A stretch of DNA of 61,553 nucleotides, counting the filler, from Sphacelaria rigidula (lineage: Eukaryota): the NCBI GenBank assembly GCA_964200075.2. It is 5 parts of 5 records of this genome, joined end to end, with 100 filler letters (N's around TTAATTAATTAA, not from the genome) between each part and the next. Parts side by side here need not be neighbours in the genome. Positions count along the whole stretch, not along the records: positions 12,333 to 24,563 come from CAXNAA020003981.1; positions 24,664 to 36,894 come from CAXNAA020003982.1; 3 more parts are not named here. One strand, 5' to 3'. The notes beneath the pieces are model-generated. The model was not told the origin of the DNA. It saw only the letters and a list, made by a program, of their open reading frames with translations, and searched no databases. The stretch's first letter is position 1, and the number at the start of each line of letters is the position of its first letter. Below are positions 12,624 to 26,099 of this stretch, one piece after another. The position numbers were made by a program, and so were the translations under genes.

Positions 12624-15600
12624 CTACACAACCACGTGGTGGTGTACTGTAGATCACCAAACCAACTCATGGAGAAAGCGCCACTATGTAGGTGAGGTGG
12701 CTGACGGGCCGATGCCGGCTGCGGAGGTCTAGGGCGGCTTTCAAAGCTCAGGCGGCGGCGTGCCGAAAAATGAGACAATTTATTTGCCGAGTGTGTGCCG
12801 GCGCTTGAAATCCTACGGAATACAGTCAGTACAGGGGAAAACAACGCTGAACAGGTGCAGACAAAACAGACAGCCCGGATACCGTAAATTTCACGCTGGC
12901 TCGCAGCTCTCAGACACGCTGTCTGAAGAATTTTCAACCGTAGCCTGAGAGTGAGTGACACGAGGCCAACAGAGGTGACTGGCGTGTTCTCTAGCGTATT
13001 TTGTATCTGGACGTGTATCTTGTGCTGTTTGAATCGCAGAGCGTGACGGTTACGCGCATTTTGCTTGTGGGTGAAGAAAAAACTTATCCATCCATGAAAA
13101 AACCCGTTTGCAGACTCTACTGCCTCTACTGCCTGTACAGCACATGGCTGGCCGGTGCGGTCTTTTCAAGACTCCATCCCAAAAATTCGAACGTGTCCGA
13201 CATGCCAACAAGACACCACAAATCTCCCCCATCCTTGGTGCAGCGCTGCCCACACATCCAAAGAACGGTCTCTGCTATCGTGCCTCATCTGTGATCATCG
13301 GTCAATCACGTGGAAGCATCATGACCTGTTCATTTTTACGGGGGAAAAAATAGCGTATTTGAGAATGCTGGTGAGGAAGAGGTTACTCTTGTGTGATAAT
13401 TGGGCGATTGTAGCAGACGAATGCGTACGTGACCTGAGGGCACTTGATGAGTTGACCGTTGAGCAGTAATGTCTAAGGCCGTTTCTTGTCGAATTGTTTT
13501 CGACTCGAGATCGTACGGTGGAATCGAATTTATTCGTACCTGATACGTCCACGGCATCCATGTCCCCAACCATCTGGAAAAATAAACAGCGTGGACCAAT
13601 CAGAAACGAACGAATTCGATTCGACCGCACGTTTCCGTCACAAGAACGATTTGATGAGACACGGCGTAATAATGTCTTACCTCCTTCATTGGCCAATTGT
13701 TTTCTTCTGTCTAAAGTGATGAGGTTTAGATCCGCAACCCGACACGACAGATCCATGGTTATGCTCTTGCTTTCGTTTTTTGCAGATTTTGAGTCTGTCG
13801 TTGAAAGCGTGGTTACGCGAATAGAAACAACAACAATTATTCAAATCGACGTGTAGTTCAGTAATACTCGTCCATTCCGCGATGCCAAAATGTCAGGCAA
13901 GTGCAATGCGGTACCGGGGGAGATATGGATGTGTTGGCTTATTATTATAGACCTAAGAACTTTTGTCGCGAAGAAGGGAGAGGGGAGCTAAAGTGCCACT
14001 AGAAGACAAAGATACATACATTTATGTATTATATGTGTATGTGTAATTGTGAATATTGATATAATTTTTTGGTTGGAAAAAGGGCAATACGATTTCTAAT
14101 TCCTTCACCAATTTTCCATGTCGTGTTTTCGCCCTCTCTTTTTTTATTTCTCGGCGGTTGTTAATTATTGCAAAACCTGTTACTTGTTGTTTCGTCTTGT
14201 GTTGCTTTGTTTTTTCTGCTGAACAGGATTTAGCTCGATTGGCACCAGCATCAGGCGATCAGGCGGGAAAGTGGTTGCCATAACTTCTCAGACACAGGAG
14301 CAGGCGGGCCGAGCCGCGCGGGAGTGGCGGGTGCCGTTTCAGGTGTTCGGCGATCCATCCAACAAGTACATAAAGGAGATGAACAGAAGGTACGACACAG
14401 TACAGTACAGCTCAGGACACCACACGAGCTCGCAACAATCGTCCGAGGAATAGTGTCCCCTTCGCTCCGTCTCGAAAGGGATGCGTGTTGAATACTCAGA
14501 CAACTAAGGCAAACAGCAAATGAGTATCCCCCCCCCCCCCCCCCCCCCCCCAAAACCCCAAAACCCCCCCCCCACCCTCCAACAAAACAAAACACAAAAC
14601 AAGCACCCCAAAACAACAACCAACACAAANNNNNNNNNNTGCCTTCCCATCGCCCACCGCCTCGAAAGGGATGCTTGTTGCCAACTCAAACCACTAAGGC
14701 AAACACAAAATTCGCCACCCCCCCCCCCCCCCCCACCCGAAAAACCGGCGTTCTCCGTCCCGGCTTTGTAGAGATGCAAGACCTCTGACTATGGCATGCA
14801 ACATCACCATGAGTATACCCCCTTCCCCCGTCCCCCGTCCCCGTCCCCGTCCCCGCTTGATGCATTAGACAGTAGGGAGAAAGCGATGGTTGTACTTGGA
14901 GATACATGGTGGCCAGAGACGACGAAACAGGACGGGGATAAGATATGTAAAAGGTTTTTGTGCAATGTGTGAAAGAAACGTATGAGCGCCGGAATGTTGA
15001 AGGTGTCCCTATTAGGAGTAGGAACGGTGCTCCGTCTCGAAAGGGATGCGTGGTCGATGGTCAAACGACTGAGGCAAGCAACACATGAGTACGATCCCGT
15101 CCTCCCTTCCCTTCTTCTTACCCCTGGGAGGATTTGCGGAGCAACGAGAGGTTTGCAACAATTGTTTGTTGACGCGCGCGAGCGGCCGAGCTTTGTACCG
15201 AACCATTGCACGAGGCCCATAGGCGGTCAAGGACTGTGCGCGCGTGTATTTTCTAATCCCCTCTTGGTAGAAGGGTGTAATTATGCGTGAGTAGTGTCTG
15301 TTTGAGGCGTCGGCTGAGGGTGCCTGCCTGGGTGCCAACAGATGCCCGATTAAGAATCGGAGTATGGAGTTGGTATAGCGATCGTCATTGATTTTTAAAC
15401 CTTATTGCGTGTACATCGTCTGCGATACAGGGCTCGATATATACCACACGACACTGGGCTGTAGACATATATACATGCCTTGGGTTTGTTGCACAGCCCA
15501 GTTGATGCTAGGCTCACACAGGTGAGGCAGGATTTTTTTTTTGAAACTGTGTGCGGGACCTCGCTAGCCAGGTCATGATGACCCAAGAAAAATGGTTTAG

Positions 15601-18600
15601 GGCGCTCTAGTATGGTAGCGACCGTTTTTTCACGAGAGCGTCCAAACCTCTCCCAAAAAAAAATGAAGGCTCATTTTTTTTCATTTAGCATACCTCTGTC
15701 GTTCTCCATGCTGAGTTTCAAATCACGATTTTGAGAATTGAGCTGAAAAGTTGAGATGAGAATTGAGCTGAAAAGTTGAGATAAGGCCCAAGAGCAATGC
15801 TCATTTCTCCTCGAAACTCCCCTAAAAACACGAAAAAAATGTTGAAAGCTGTCTGTTTTTTTTCATCATGCACTAGCGGTTCTCCATACCAAATTTCATA
15901 GCACAACTGTCAAAAACAGACGCGATATCCAGATTTAAGGCATCAAGTGTCTCTGCTCGTAATATATTGGTTTTAGTACGGGAAGTTATGTGCGCCATAT
16001 CTCGAGATAAATTACGAATTAGGTGAAGGTGAGGGTATCTATCGTCTCCCCGTGCTCCAGGGGAGGTCCACGTGAAAAATGAATGCATCGTCCGGGGTTT
16101 CATATAGGTATTAGTGTGGACACTATCTCCGTACGGTACAGGAATTACAAGGCATGGGGTTCAACCAACGAGAGAAGAATTGGCCCAGATTTTTAAGCAG
16201 ATGGGCACCTTCCTCTTGATGAGACGATTGGTACGATATGCGGATCACGGCCCAACTCATCTGCGTCGATGAGATATTGCCTTGGGAGCTTGAACCCGTT
16301 TTTTGGCTGACCCAGCTCGTATGAGTGTTTTTGGATAACGGCGCTTTTTACCCTTCCCCCCTCCCCCCTCCTCAATTTTTACATATATATCTTGATCTTT
16401 TGATCTTTTCCACTTCAGAACCTCCCCCAAGAATTGTCCCAAATGCAAGATAATCAGTAGGCTTCGGGCCGAACAGTCTTGGCAGGATGCAGCTCACCCT
16501 TGATGCGACTTGCCGAACACACCACGGCGCGTCACGCTTGGTGATCGAGAGCGAGCGAGGCTGGTCCGGCGAAAACCCGGCGTGCTCCTTCCCCGCTTCG
16601 CAGGGATGCGAGGTCAATAGTCTTATGATTACGGCATGCATGATCATGTGTACACCCCTCCCCCCGTCTCCAAAAAAGTATGTTTCGGGACGGGGGGGAG
16701 TTAGCTTCAGTCCGATGCATAACCGTGATCCTGTTCAAGACAAGATTGAGAGTTTGGCCGTGACAGATGATTCCCATGTGGACTACTTGATTCTCTCGGT
16801 GCTTGTTGTGGTCGTTGCCCAGTTTATTCATATGATTCTGAATGTTGTGATGGTGGTGGTCGTTGGCAGCAGGGACATGTAGTCGTGCCTCACATGCGCC
16901 ATGTATAGCCTTTGAATACATGAAGCATCTGCGCCCCCCGGTGGCAGAGAGCATAATTCACGCTGAGGGTCAGTCCCCGTATGGAGCGCCCGAGAGACAC
17001 AGCACGATCTTGGTACGGAGAGGACGGTAGCGCAATTTTTATAATCGCTGTAGCCACCTGTAGCACGCGGAAATACGCCAAAAGGCAGGTCCGGTAGGAT
17101 TTTACATCGTGGTCCTGCACGATCTATACTCCATTCACCATTATTACGTCCACGAGACCCGAATAATATCACGACTTCATCCATCTGTCGTTTGGTGGTG
17201 GTGCCCATCGTTATTTTTTGTCGTCATTTGCTTCCTTGCCTGCCTACCGATCATGGATGATTTCAAAAACAAGTCTAACGGTGGGTTCTGCGAGAACCTT
17301 CTTGTTTCGGCAGGTGGTTCTAAGTGACTTTTCTCCACGGGTGAACGCTTGTGCTTGTATTTCTCACTCTTCTTGTTTGTTTCTTGCTCCTGTTTTTCTT
17401 CTTATTTTTCTCCTGGTGGTGGACACTATCGCAGGTTCAACATGAACTGCACCATCACCACCAACGACATGGTGACTGATGCCTATCAAAGTGGCATGGC
17501 GCAACCGGCGGTACTAGCCGTCTACTCCGACACGGTGCAAGACACGTCTTCTGTGCTCTTCAGCTGGTCACGATATCAGGTGACAAAACTCAAGGAGACG
17601 GCGATTTTCGGGGAGGGCGGGGCGTACGCATTGGTTGCTCGCCTTGGTCGTTTGACCGTTGACCACGTATCACTTTCGAGACGGAGCACAGTGTTCGGAA
17701 GGGGGGGGACCACCGCCCATGTTCCGTTTCATCAACGTGGACAGTTCAGTAGTTCAGTGCGCAACGCATTGCCGTTTCTACACATGCGTGTCATGTAGGG
17801 TTATAAAAAGCGCCTGCGGAGGTGCGGCAGCGCAAATATTTAGGTCAAATCCCGCGAAGCGCAGGTGCTGGGAGTTGGAGTCTGCGGCTTGCCGCAGAAA
17901 AAAAAATTGGGGCGCACTTTTTCGCCATGGGCGATTTTTTTTTCTGCGGCCCCTTTTTTTCGCCGGGGGTGGGACGTTTTTTTGAAGGGTCTTTTTTGTT
18001 TCGCCGGAGGCGAAATGTTAGTTTTAACAGCCTGTGTCTGCTTTTACTTTGATCCCTCTTGCGTGCAAAGGGAAAATAACTACAAAGCTTTCCTTTTTCA
18101 ACGGGATATCCCAAATTTTGCCGCTCCGCGAGGCCCCTCCGGGGGGGGGAGGGGTCTGTGCGGCCGGCGCCCTCCGGGGGCCCTCCCGGGGAGCCGCATG
18201 TTGCCTTCGGCTCCCATCTGCGCAAGCGCAGGCGGAGCCTGCGGAGATTTTGTAACCCTGGTGTCATGTGCTCTTTTTGTCGCACACACATCACCGTGAC
18301 TTCACCGACCCCTCCCTGACGGCACTGTCTATGGTGTGAAGCCTGTTCGATTCACTAGTTTCGTATTTAACCCTATCCGCTATCCTGTGAGGAGTCTATT
18401 CACCCGCTCAGATCAATTCACATGATAGCATTCGAAGCCCATGCGCTCACGTTTTTTTCGTGACGTGATTTTTCATTCTGTTTATGTTCAAATCGAGGTA
18501 TGGACTTTGATCATGTGGGTCACTTTTGTTTTTCGGAGCCAAATCCGTAGCACCGGCGGAGTACCTTCAGGCGGAGCTGTTGACAATGACGATGCCAGTT

Positions 18601-20630
18601 ATCCCGACCACTTCCTGTATTGTCCACCTCCGTGACCGTAATTATTCAGTCGGGCGTCACAAGTGTTGCAGCCACCCCGATGAGTGACAGGGTGAAGAAA
18701 GCGTTCATCGATAGGACCGACAAGGTACAGCGATCTAAACGTCACCCCTCGTGTTCTCCCCCTGCCGCCCTTTGAAACCCTCGTATCCCGTCCCTCTGTC
18801 TGTCTCTTTCCTCTCCACCGTTTGTCCCTTCCCTTGATGGCCGTCACACACATACTCGCGTACACCGGCACACGCCCGGAACTACAAAAACCGAATCGCC
18901 TGGAGCAGACAATCGGCTCGATGCGGCACGACGCCGTGTTCGAAAACATCCTAAGAGCGCTGTCCACAAAGCAAAACCCACGACCCAACCCATCTCCTAC
19001 GCGACCGCCCTTAACCCCAGCTACCGTCCCTCCGCCTCCCATCGGCGCTGGGGAGAGCGCGGCCCCCTCGGGCTACGGTGTCCGCGCTCGACTAGCGACA
19101 TCCGCATCGCCCCCGATCGGCCGTGTCGCGCCGCGCGGCATCGGGGGACCTGCGGGAGTATCTCGCGATGTGTCAAGGATTATGGAGTCTCCTTCGGGAG
19201 AAACGATACGGTGGGGATACCCCGAGTCGGCAGCAGAACGGACACCTTATCGGGCTTCGCGACAACCCAGGAGCGCTCCCCGGACTACGCCGAGAAACGG
19301 TTTGCGACATGTTCCCCCTCGTGCGACGGCAGTCCCGTCGTCGACCACAAACGGGGAGGCGTACCAGGAGCACCAGCACCAGTACAGTGATCACGAGCAA
19401 ACTTCTTCGCTCTCTGTACGACGGCATAGGCTTTCGACGCCACGGAACAGCGGCCAAAGACGGGGGGCGATGCAAGCTGCTGTGGATGGGTTCGGGGTCG
19501 AAGCCAACGAGAGGTTGCCAACATTTGCCAGCAACGGCGGGGACGGGGCCGCAGTGGTGGCGAGAGAACCACAGCACGCACAACAAGACCGACGACCAGT
19601 TCCGATTTCTCGCTCAGTTTCGCCAATCCACCACCAGACCACCAACACTACGGTGGCAGGAAAAGTCATCCCTCGAGACTCGGCATACTCGAGCAGCGGG
19701 GGTGGCAGTTATACCAGCGATGGCGGGCGATTTTCAAGTGGCGGCGGCGGTGGGTACGGTAATGACGACGGGCGACGCGACCACAAAGAACAGTATGCGC
19801 AGCACGATCGGCAGCAGGCGCAGCAGCAGGTGGCGCCGGCATATGGAGTGTCGGGGCGTGTGCCTGGACCAGTGACGCACAGACGGTTATGGCCTTTCGG
19901 ATCAAGCACCGGCGGTACGAAGTCGTTCGCGGATGGCTCCAATCAAAGTAAGGACAGCAATGGCAGCAAAGGCAGAGACATTTCCACCGGGCGAGCGGCG
20001 GTTGGCGCTGCGACTACGAATCAACGATGGTCAACGAACGATGCCGGAGGTGCCGCGACGGCGGGCTACGGCAGGACCGCACGCCCTGTTGAACCCGGCA
20101 TCCCCGATCACGCCACAGTTGGATACGGTAGGGCAACAAGTCCTGTCGATGCCGACAGAAACAGTGGAAACGGTACAGGGTATCGCGTTGGTGGCAGCGG
20201 CGGCGGTGTCTCTAGTGACGAGGTCAGGAGACGACGAAGAATGATGGATTACCGTCGACGTTCATCACCCCCACAACCTCACCACCACAAGCAACAGCAA
20301 CAGCAACAGCAGGGGCAAGATGGCGGGATATGGTCGAAGCGATCGTCCTCGCCAAGCCCGGCGCTACAAGAGAGCGATCCCGTGGAGGGAGGGGCCAGGC
20401 CAACTTCGGCTCCGCCGTTTACACGTGACGGTGATGATGCTGGCGACGGTACTGTCATCCGAATAAGAGGGGGTGGGCTCGGGCAGGCTGGGCGACGGCC
20501 TGTGTCGATGCGTTGGAGCCTGGCTACGAATGGAGTGGGCACGTACGCGGAGCCGGTTCATGCGAATGGTGCGGGGGAAGGGGGAAACCGAATCATGAGT
20601 GATGGCATTAAAGTAGATGACATGGAATGA
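12624..20630 (+). CDS. 5'-partial gene: thioredoxin-fold redoxin (AhpC/TSA, peroxiredoxin-like 2 type) domain plus a ~550-aa low-complexity C-terminal tail
   Basis: Exons 12624-12691, 13141-13154, 14227-14389, 17435-17579, 18650-18724 and 18909-20630 have AG/GT borders and matching phases (2187 nt, 728 aa plus stop). The join reads HVVVYCRSPNQLMEKAPLCSTWLAGFSSIGTSIRRSGGKVVAITSQ..WRVPFQVFGDPSN..RRFNM..QPAVLAV..VLFSW..AVFENILRAL, then an R/S/G/P/Q-rich tail. The first two small exons are less certain than the last four. Confidence 0.8.
14464..15092 (+). mobile_element. Cluster of 3'-end copies of the C-tract-associated LINE (65-nt unit copies plus one ~240-bp copy)
   Basis: Units at ~14464-14527 and ~14657-14712 (the latter in low-quality sequence beside a 10-N gap). 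A longer copy at ~14855-15092 encodes DALDSREKAMVVLGDTWWP..DKICKRFLC and aligns with 52870-53092. Each copy is followed by a C-rich tract. Confidence 0.75.
15590..16323 (+). repeat. Copy of the GAGCTGGGCCAGCC-ended repeat family (intronic)
   Basis: Aligns to ~9830-10415 and to the reverse complement of 23826-24563. Ends GGCTGACCCAGCTCGTATG, the inverse of the family terminus. Confidence 0.75.
17624..17688 (-). mobile_element. 65-nt LINE-3'-end element
   Basis: The reverse complement is TGCTCCGTCTCGAAAGTGATACGTGGTCAACGGTCAAACGACCAAGGCGAGCAACCAATGCGTAC. It is flanked by similar C-rich direct repeats (..CCCCCCCTTCCGAA / ..CCGCCCTCCCCGAA). Confidence 0.8.
17796..18260. mobile_element. hAT-like MITE (465 bp)
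   Basis: TIR TAGGGTTATAAAA ... TTTTGTAACCCTG, with a perfect 8-bp TSD GTGTCATG at 17788-17795 and 18261-18268. Confidence 0.88.
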
Positions 20631-23600
20631 AGGGAGGGGGGGGAGGGGGGGGGGGGCGAACTATTTTTTGTTGAGATGGAGACGAGCGATTAATCAGCAG
20701 ATCAAATGAAAAAGCTACGGAGTAGTAGATATCTCAAATATTTCATGAGAGAAGCTATTGCAGTCTATTTTGAATGAAGTTGTACTGATATTCGCTTGTC
20801 TTTTCTGGCGCTTTTTGTATCAGTTATTGATCGACAACCGGGGAAGATCGTGTGTGTGTTGCGGGGGGGAGGGGGGAGGAGGGGGGGCGAGCATCGTCTC
20901 TGTGTGCGCTTGAAAATTCGCATAATGTTTCTTCACATTCTCGTCATGTTTCTTTGGCGCCCTGGGTTGGAGTTTGGTTGTTTTTTCAAGTATGGGCCAG
21001 GCGGATATGGGGGGAGAAGAGCCGCATTTGTGGACTTCCCTCCCTCAAGTTGCCAAGCTAACCTATAGGGAAGTTTGTGTGTTGGTTGGTGGGTTGTGCG
21101 GTAGAGATGTCTAACAATTTGGCGATATGGGCCTACCGTGCACTGTTGTGTTTCCGATGTTATTACGTGTGCCGTGTTGCTGTATGGTACCCCATGTTGG
21201 GTTTTTATTCTTGTCTTCTTGTCCTATTGTGTTTCATTGTAAGCAGGGGGGGGTCTAAAGCCGATGACATGCGTTGTATTACCCTTTTCGCCCACTTGTT
21301 TCATGCGTATGTTTGCTGTGGTCCACGGGTGAGAACGAACGGGTGCAACACAGGCAGGAGCAGACGAGACTGACTGTCTGACCAGTCGCTTTTGTTGTGT
21401 ATTTATGAATTTCGTTGGCGCATTCGCCGACCAGCGACGGTGTCAACAGTAGGGTGCGTTCAGGCGAAACCACTTCAAAAGAGGTGAAGTTGAACTCCTC
21501 GTGTTTCTCTGCGACGGGGGACGGAAGTCACTCGAAGTAGTCTCTCCTCGTGTGGAAGACAAGTACTGTAGTTCCTCATCGCGGTGTGTTGTGACCCTAC
21601 TAGTGATGACTTCCGGTGGCATGAACCTTAATCGTTAATTGGCGGCGGTCACGACGTGTATATGTCCAAGCACACCGCAAAAACTACCGTCGTTCGAGAT
21701 GTCTCGTAAACTGGTCCCTTGGGCGGTCGGTGCAAGCGACCTTGTACCGCGTCACATACACGCTGCATTTTGCGCAGCAAGCATAACTGATTATTGCTTA
21801 CACTTGATGTCGCTTCCCATTACACGCCTCGTCATTGCGCTGTTTTTTTTGTGTGTATGCGTGTGTTGCGGCGGCGAAATCTGGTGAGAGTTGGAGGTGG
21901 GATGGACGTGAAGCATCGGTTACCAAGAGCTGTACAGTACATTGCAGAATGGGAGTTGTGACGTTTTTTGCCTCTCCTGGGACCCCTACTGGGAAGTTGT
22001 GTGTTTCATGTGGGTATGATTTTGAGTGTGGTCGTGTTTTGAGTGGCGCATGCCCATGTTGCTCGTATTCTTGTCTTGTGTGTCGGTGAACCAAATTTCG
22101 GCGGAACCGATGATGAAAGAAGTGATGACCCGTGTTTTGGAGAATCGACTCTTTGAATATGAACGTATGTGAAGTATGCGATCTATACGATTTGGGTCCA
22201 TATATTATTTTCTGTTTTATTTGTCTCTCATTTGCCATCATGGAAGATTCCGAAAAAGTTGGAACTATCTTTTTTTTTTTTTTCATTCCCTTGGAAATGT
22301 AACTACTGTAATGCGTACCTCCCCCGGGAACATTTTGCTTTTTTGTTTTTTCAAGCGTTTTTGTTTTTTGACGCGATGTAATGTATACCACTCGGTTGAA
22401 CGTTACTACGCCTGTTGGGCAATTTCATCGTCTTTGTGCCAAGGTTGGTGGAATGGAGACCGAACCGAACGATTCTTGATCATCTGAAGACAAGGCGGCA
22501 TTGAAGAGCGAGGCATGACGCACGGTCGTATGGAGTTCGTAAACACGGGGAGGGAGGGGGGAGAGGAGCAATCGTCCCCGTGTGGTGTAGTTCTAACTTC
22601 TGTAGCAGCCCGATCTCCTTTACATGAAGAACTTTTCCAAATTGTGGTACTAGTTGGGGGGGGGGGTCCCCTCCTTTCCTTGTAGGGGGGGGTTCGGTAG
22701 AGTCGATATCAATGGGTATTTTTGATTTTTGGAACAGGTTTACTTCAAGACAAGGAAACAAGAAAAATAGCGCTTTAAAAAAAAACAATTTATCTGTCTC
22801 CGATTTTAGCAGGCGAGGCGGCGGTGGAGGAGAGTGATGTAACGCACACACAGCCAGGTGGCGACATGTTGTAGCGGGAGGAATAAGCGTATATATAAAT
22901 ACATGTATAGCATGCTTGCGTAGACCAGAGAGGTGTGAAATTTCACACCCGAGTAGTTCGTGGCGGAATAAGATGTGAAATTTCACGCTCTCACATATCA
23001 TTAAAATACAGGCTGACGATAGGTTTTGGAGGTTGACATTTTTCGCCGTTGCTGTTTTTTGATAACCCGGTTAGGGGTACCGTGTCTGCAGGTGTGAGGG
23101 AAAAGAACCGAACTGAGATGACTGCGTTTTGACATGGATGCTAATCGGATTTGTTCGTGATGGGTCGAACAGGAGTGGAACGATGCAGCACGTGCGGGGG
23201 AAGGATGTCGCGCCACGAAGACACAGAACGGTGTAAATGTACATCGCTTGTTCCAGGTCACTCTAGTTGGGGTGGGGCCGAAGATGTCCCCATGATATGG
23301 GAAAGTCGCGAACATTCGTGGAAGTACAAAGTCTCCAGGACAAGGGACACTTCCAACCAGAATCGCTGCTCGGATAGCCTTTCGAAGATACACCTTTCTC
23401 GTGAATGGCAGCCACTACTTTTACCACCGGCATGCTTGACTACTACGTCGAGCTGTTGACTGTGGTTTGCTCGACATGTCAATGCCGTTGAAAGTTGAAA
23501 GCCCTTACATGTACGAGCTGGGCCAGCTGACAGTGATTTTCTGAGTGAAATCTGGCGATACGATTGAATTCCAAGAGGTAGACCGACTCTAATGGGAGCC

Positions 23601-23825
23601 GTTCAAAATCACTGTTCAAAACTGCTTTTTTGGCGCTTTTCCCTCGTTTCACGCCTTAAAAGAGGGCTAGGCGTGATGACTTGCTCTACTCATTGAGACC
23701 GCTCCAGGGCAACCTTGCATTTCCTGCTGGCTGCATCCTCAGTTTTGGCCAAATACATGTTCTCAATAAAAAACGGTCAAGCGATGAAGAAACAAGGGGG
23801 AATTGTGATCACCTAACCGTTTTTC

Positions 23826-24563
23826 ACGAGCTGGGCCAGCCTAGACACGGATTTAAGCTCTCGAAGCAATATCTCGTCGACACGGACGAGTTGGGCCATG
23901 ATCCGCATGTTGTACTTATCATCCAACCAAGGGGAAGGTGCCCATTTGCTCAAAATTTTGGGCCCATATTTTCTCGTTGATGAAACCCAATGTCTAGTAC
24001 TTCCTATACGTAAGGGAGATAGCGTTCATACTAAAATATCTATGAAACTCCCGATCGATGCATTCAGCGGATGACAAATTTTGGTGTGGACATTCCCTGG
24101 AGCACGGGGAGACGATAGATAGATACCCTGACCTAATTCGTAATCTATTTCGAGATATGGCGCACATAAGTTTCCATACTAGAATCACTATTTTACGAGC
24201 AAATGCGTTAGATTATTAGCTAAACCTGGATATCGCGTCTCAGTCTTTGAGAGTTATGGTACAAAATTTCCTATGGAGAACCGCTAGTGCATAATAAAGC
24301 TGACGAACACAGCTTTTTCATTTTTTCGTTTTTTCTCATTTTTTTCGGGTTTTTGGGGCAGTTTTGAGGAGAAATGAACACAGCTTTTGGGCCTCATCTC
24401 AATTTGTTAGCTCAATTTTTAGAATTGTAATTTGAAACTCATGCAGGGTAAGGAACAGAGGCATGCTGCAAAAAAAAAAAAATGGGCCCTCGTTTTTTTT
24501 TTTGGAAAGGATAAAAAAATATCCTAAAAAAAAGGGGAATTCCGTACTAAAACGCCCTAAACC
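23826..24563 (-). repeat. Copy of the GAGCTGGGCCAGCC-ended repeat family (runs into the contig end)
   Basis: The reverse complement aligns to 15590-16323. A second family terminus, TACGAGCTGGGCCAGC, lies at ~23512. Confidence 0.75.
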
Positions 24564-24663
24564 NNNNNNNNNNNNNNNNNNNNNNNNNNNNNNNNNNNNN
24601 NNNNNNNTTAATTAATTAANNNNNNNNNNNNNNNNNNNNNNNNNNNNNNNNNNNNNNNNNNNN
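24564..24663. other. Artificial contig spacer
   Basis: N44-TTAATTAATTAA-N44. Confidence 0.98.
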
Positions 24664-24719
24664 CGGCTTTCGAGTTGAACCTCATTTTTGTTTTCAACCC
24701 CATTTTCGAGAATCGGCTG

Positions 24720-25235
24720 TTAGTCGCCGTTGCCGAACGATGGCTTCGATACACCGGCATCCGGTCTTCTTTGAGGGCCTGTGCATGCGAAAGCTGTCGG
24801 TATGTGCCACTCACTGGGCGGTACTCGTTGACTCGCAGGAGGAGCCGATAATGTACCTTTCTCAGCAGGTCGTAGTGTTCGCGGCGTGGGGCCCACGTCA
24901 TGCATCCGTATAGTAGGGCCTTCATCGCCACCGCTTTCATCAGTCGGGCCTTAAGTCTCCACGGTGCTTTCGGTCCGTCGAAGAGCTCCTGGAGAACTTC
25001 CTGATGCATGCCCACGCTGCTCTGCTCCGATTGTTGATTTCTTGCTCAAGTTCGCCCTCTTCGTTGACGAGCCCGTCCAAGTACTGTATCGGAAAGTAGT
25101 TTTCTGAGCGTACTTCTGGCCCGCCGCTTCGATGATCAGCGGCGGGGGAGGTGGTGTTGGTGACTCCCCCTTCTTCGGTGCTTGCCTCGGAACTCGCATC
25201 AAGAAATTCTTTGTCTTCTTCTCCGACATGCGAAG
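24720..25235 (-). mobile_element. RTE-type LINE fragment (C-terminal RT region), frameshifted
   Basis: SEKKTK..LIIEAAGQKYAQKTTFRY and ELFDGPKAPWRLKARLMKAVAMKALLYGCMTWAPRREHYDLLRKVHYRLLLRV; homologous to the LINE pieces at 11100-11800 and 32400-32950. Confidence 0.85.
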
Positions 25236-26099
25236 GAATTTACGGAGAACAAAACAATACAAGAAAACAGATGAGATAATCAACATAAAACATTCTCCGT
25301 GATACTTACAGCAAACCAACCCCATAAAGACACTGCATTCCATGGGGCATACGAATAGTCAAGATTGCAAGTGCATAGGAAGAGCAAATATTATAATTTG
25401 CGATCGCAATCTATCACTCCGAACATACAGAACGGATGAGAGAAGCGTAAGTAGCTCCACCGGTGATCGCGAACACAAACTACGAGCACGCCCGGGAGAT
25501 GCGAATTTGCGGCATGACATCCATGTAGGCAACCAAGTACTTCGAACTACAAAACTATGAAATAGTGAGGTACTTCACAACGTGGCCCCGCATTCAAACC
25601 AGCAATCAACCATTATCTCACGTACACAAACGAAAAACCGATACCATAACGAAGCACTTTGCAACGCAGAGGACATAGAACATTGAACTGCGACGTGTAT
25701 ATTCACATCCGATACTGCAAACAGAAACGAAGCAATGAGGAACGAGATACTCGGCAAAACTTTCGACAAAAGCCCTGATGAACACCAAACTGATGTCGAC
25801 AAGGCCGAGTTGTCTGTCCCGAAAATACACTACCCAAAGAAACTTCTTGACGCAATGAATGACTCTCTTGTTTCGTTGGATCACTGTTTCTTGAACCTTT
25901 CCGTGTTGAGGGAAGAGACGCGAAAAACTTGGCACAAACGTTAAGTTTCTTGTAGTAGTGTAGTACTTATGTTCGTGGGCGGCTTAGTTGGCTGTCCCAA
26001 GTGTTTGTGTCATGTGTAGGAGCGATACACCGTCAGCACACATTCCGCAGAAACTTCTCGATTTGAATTGTCATCACGTAGCCTCTTCCAGTACCCTGC

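Noticed and set aside
12883-13756. Small minus-strand spliced gene (candidate exons 13756-13681, 13573-13540, 12944-12883)
   Set aside because: Phases fit, but the peptide resembles nothing and ends quickly. The region is better explained as introns of the plus-strand redoxin gene.
14520-14760. Poly-Pro/poly-Gly ORFs and an apparent tandem duplication
   Set aside because: Low-quality sequence after C homopolymers around a 10-N gap; probably partly the same locus read twice.
21380-21630. PH-domain-like peptide FEVVSPERTLLL or a terminal exon on the minus strand
   Set aside because: No following Trp-containing helix and no consistent neighbouring exons could be built; this may be a chance match.
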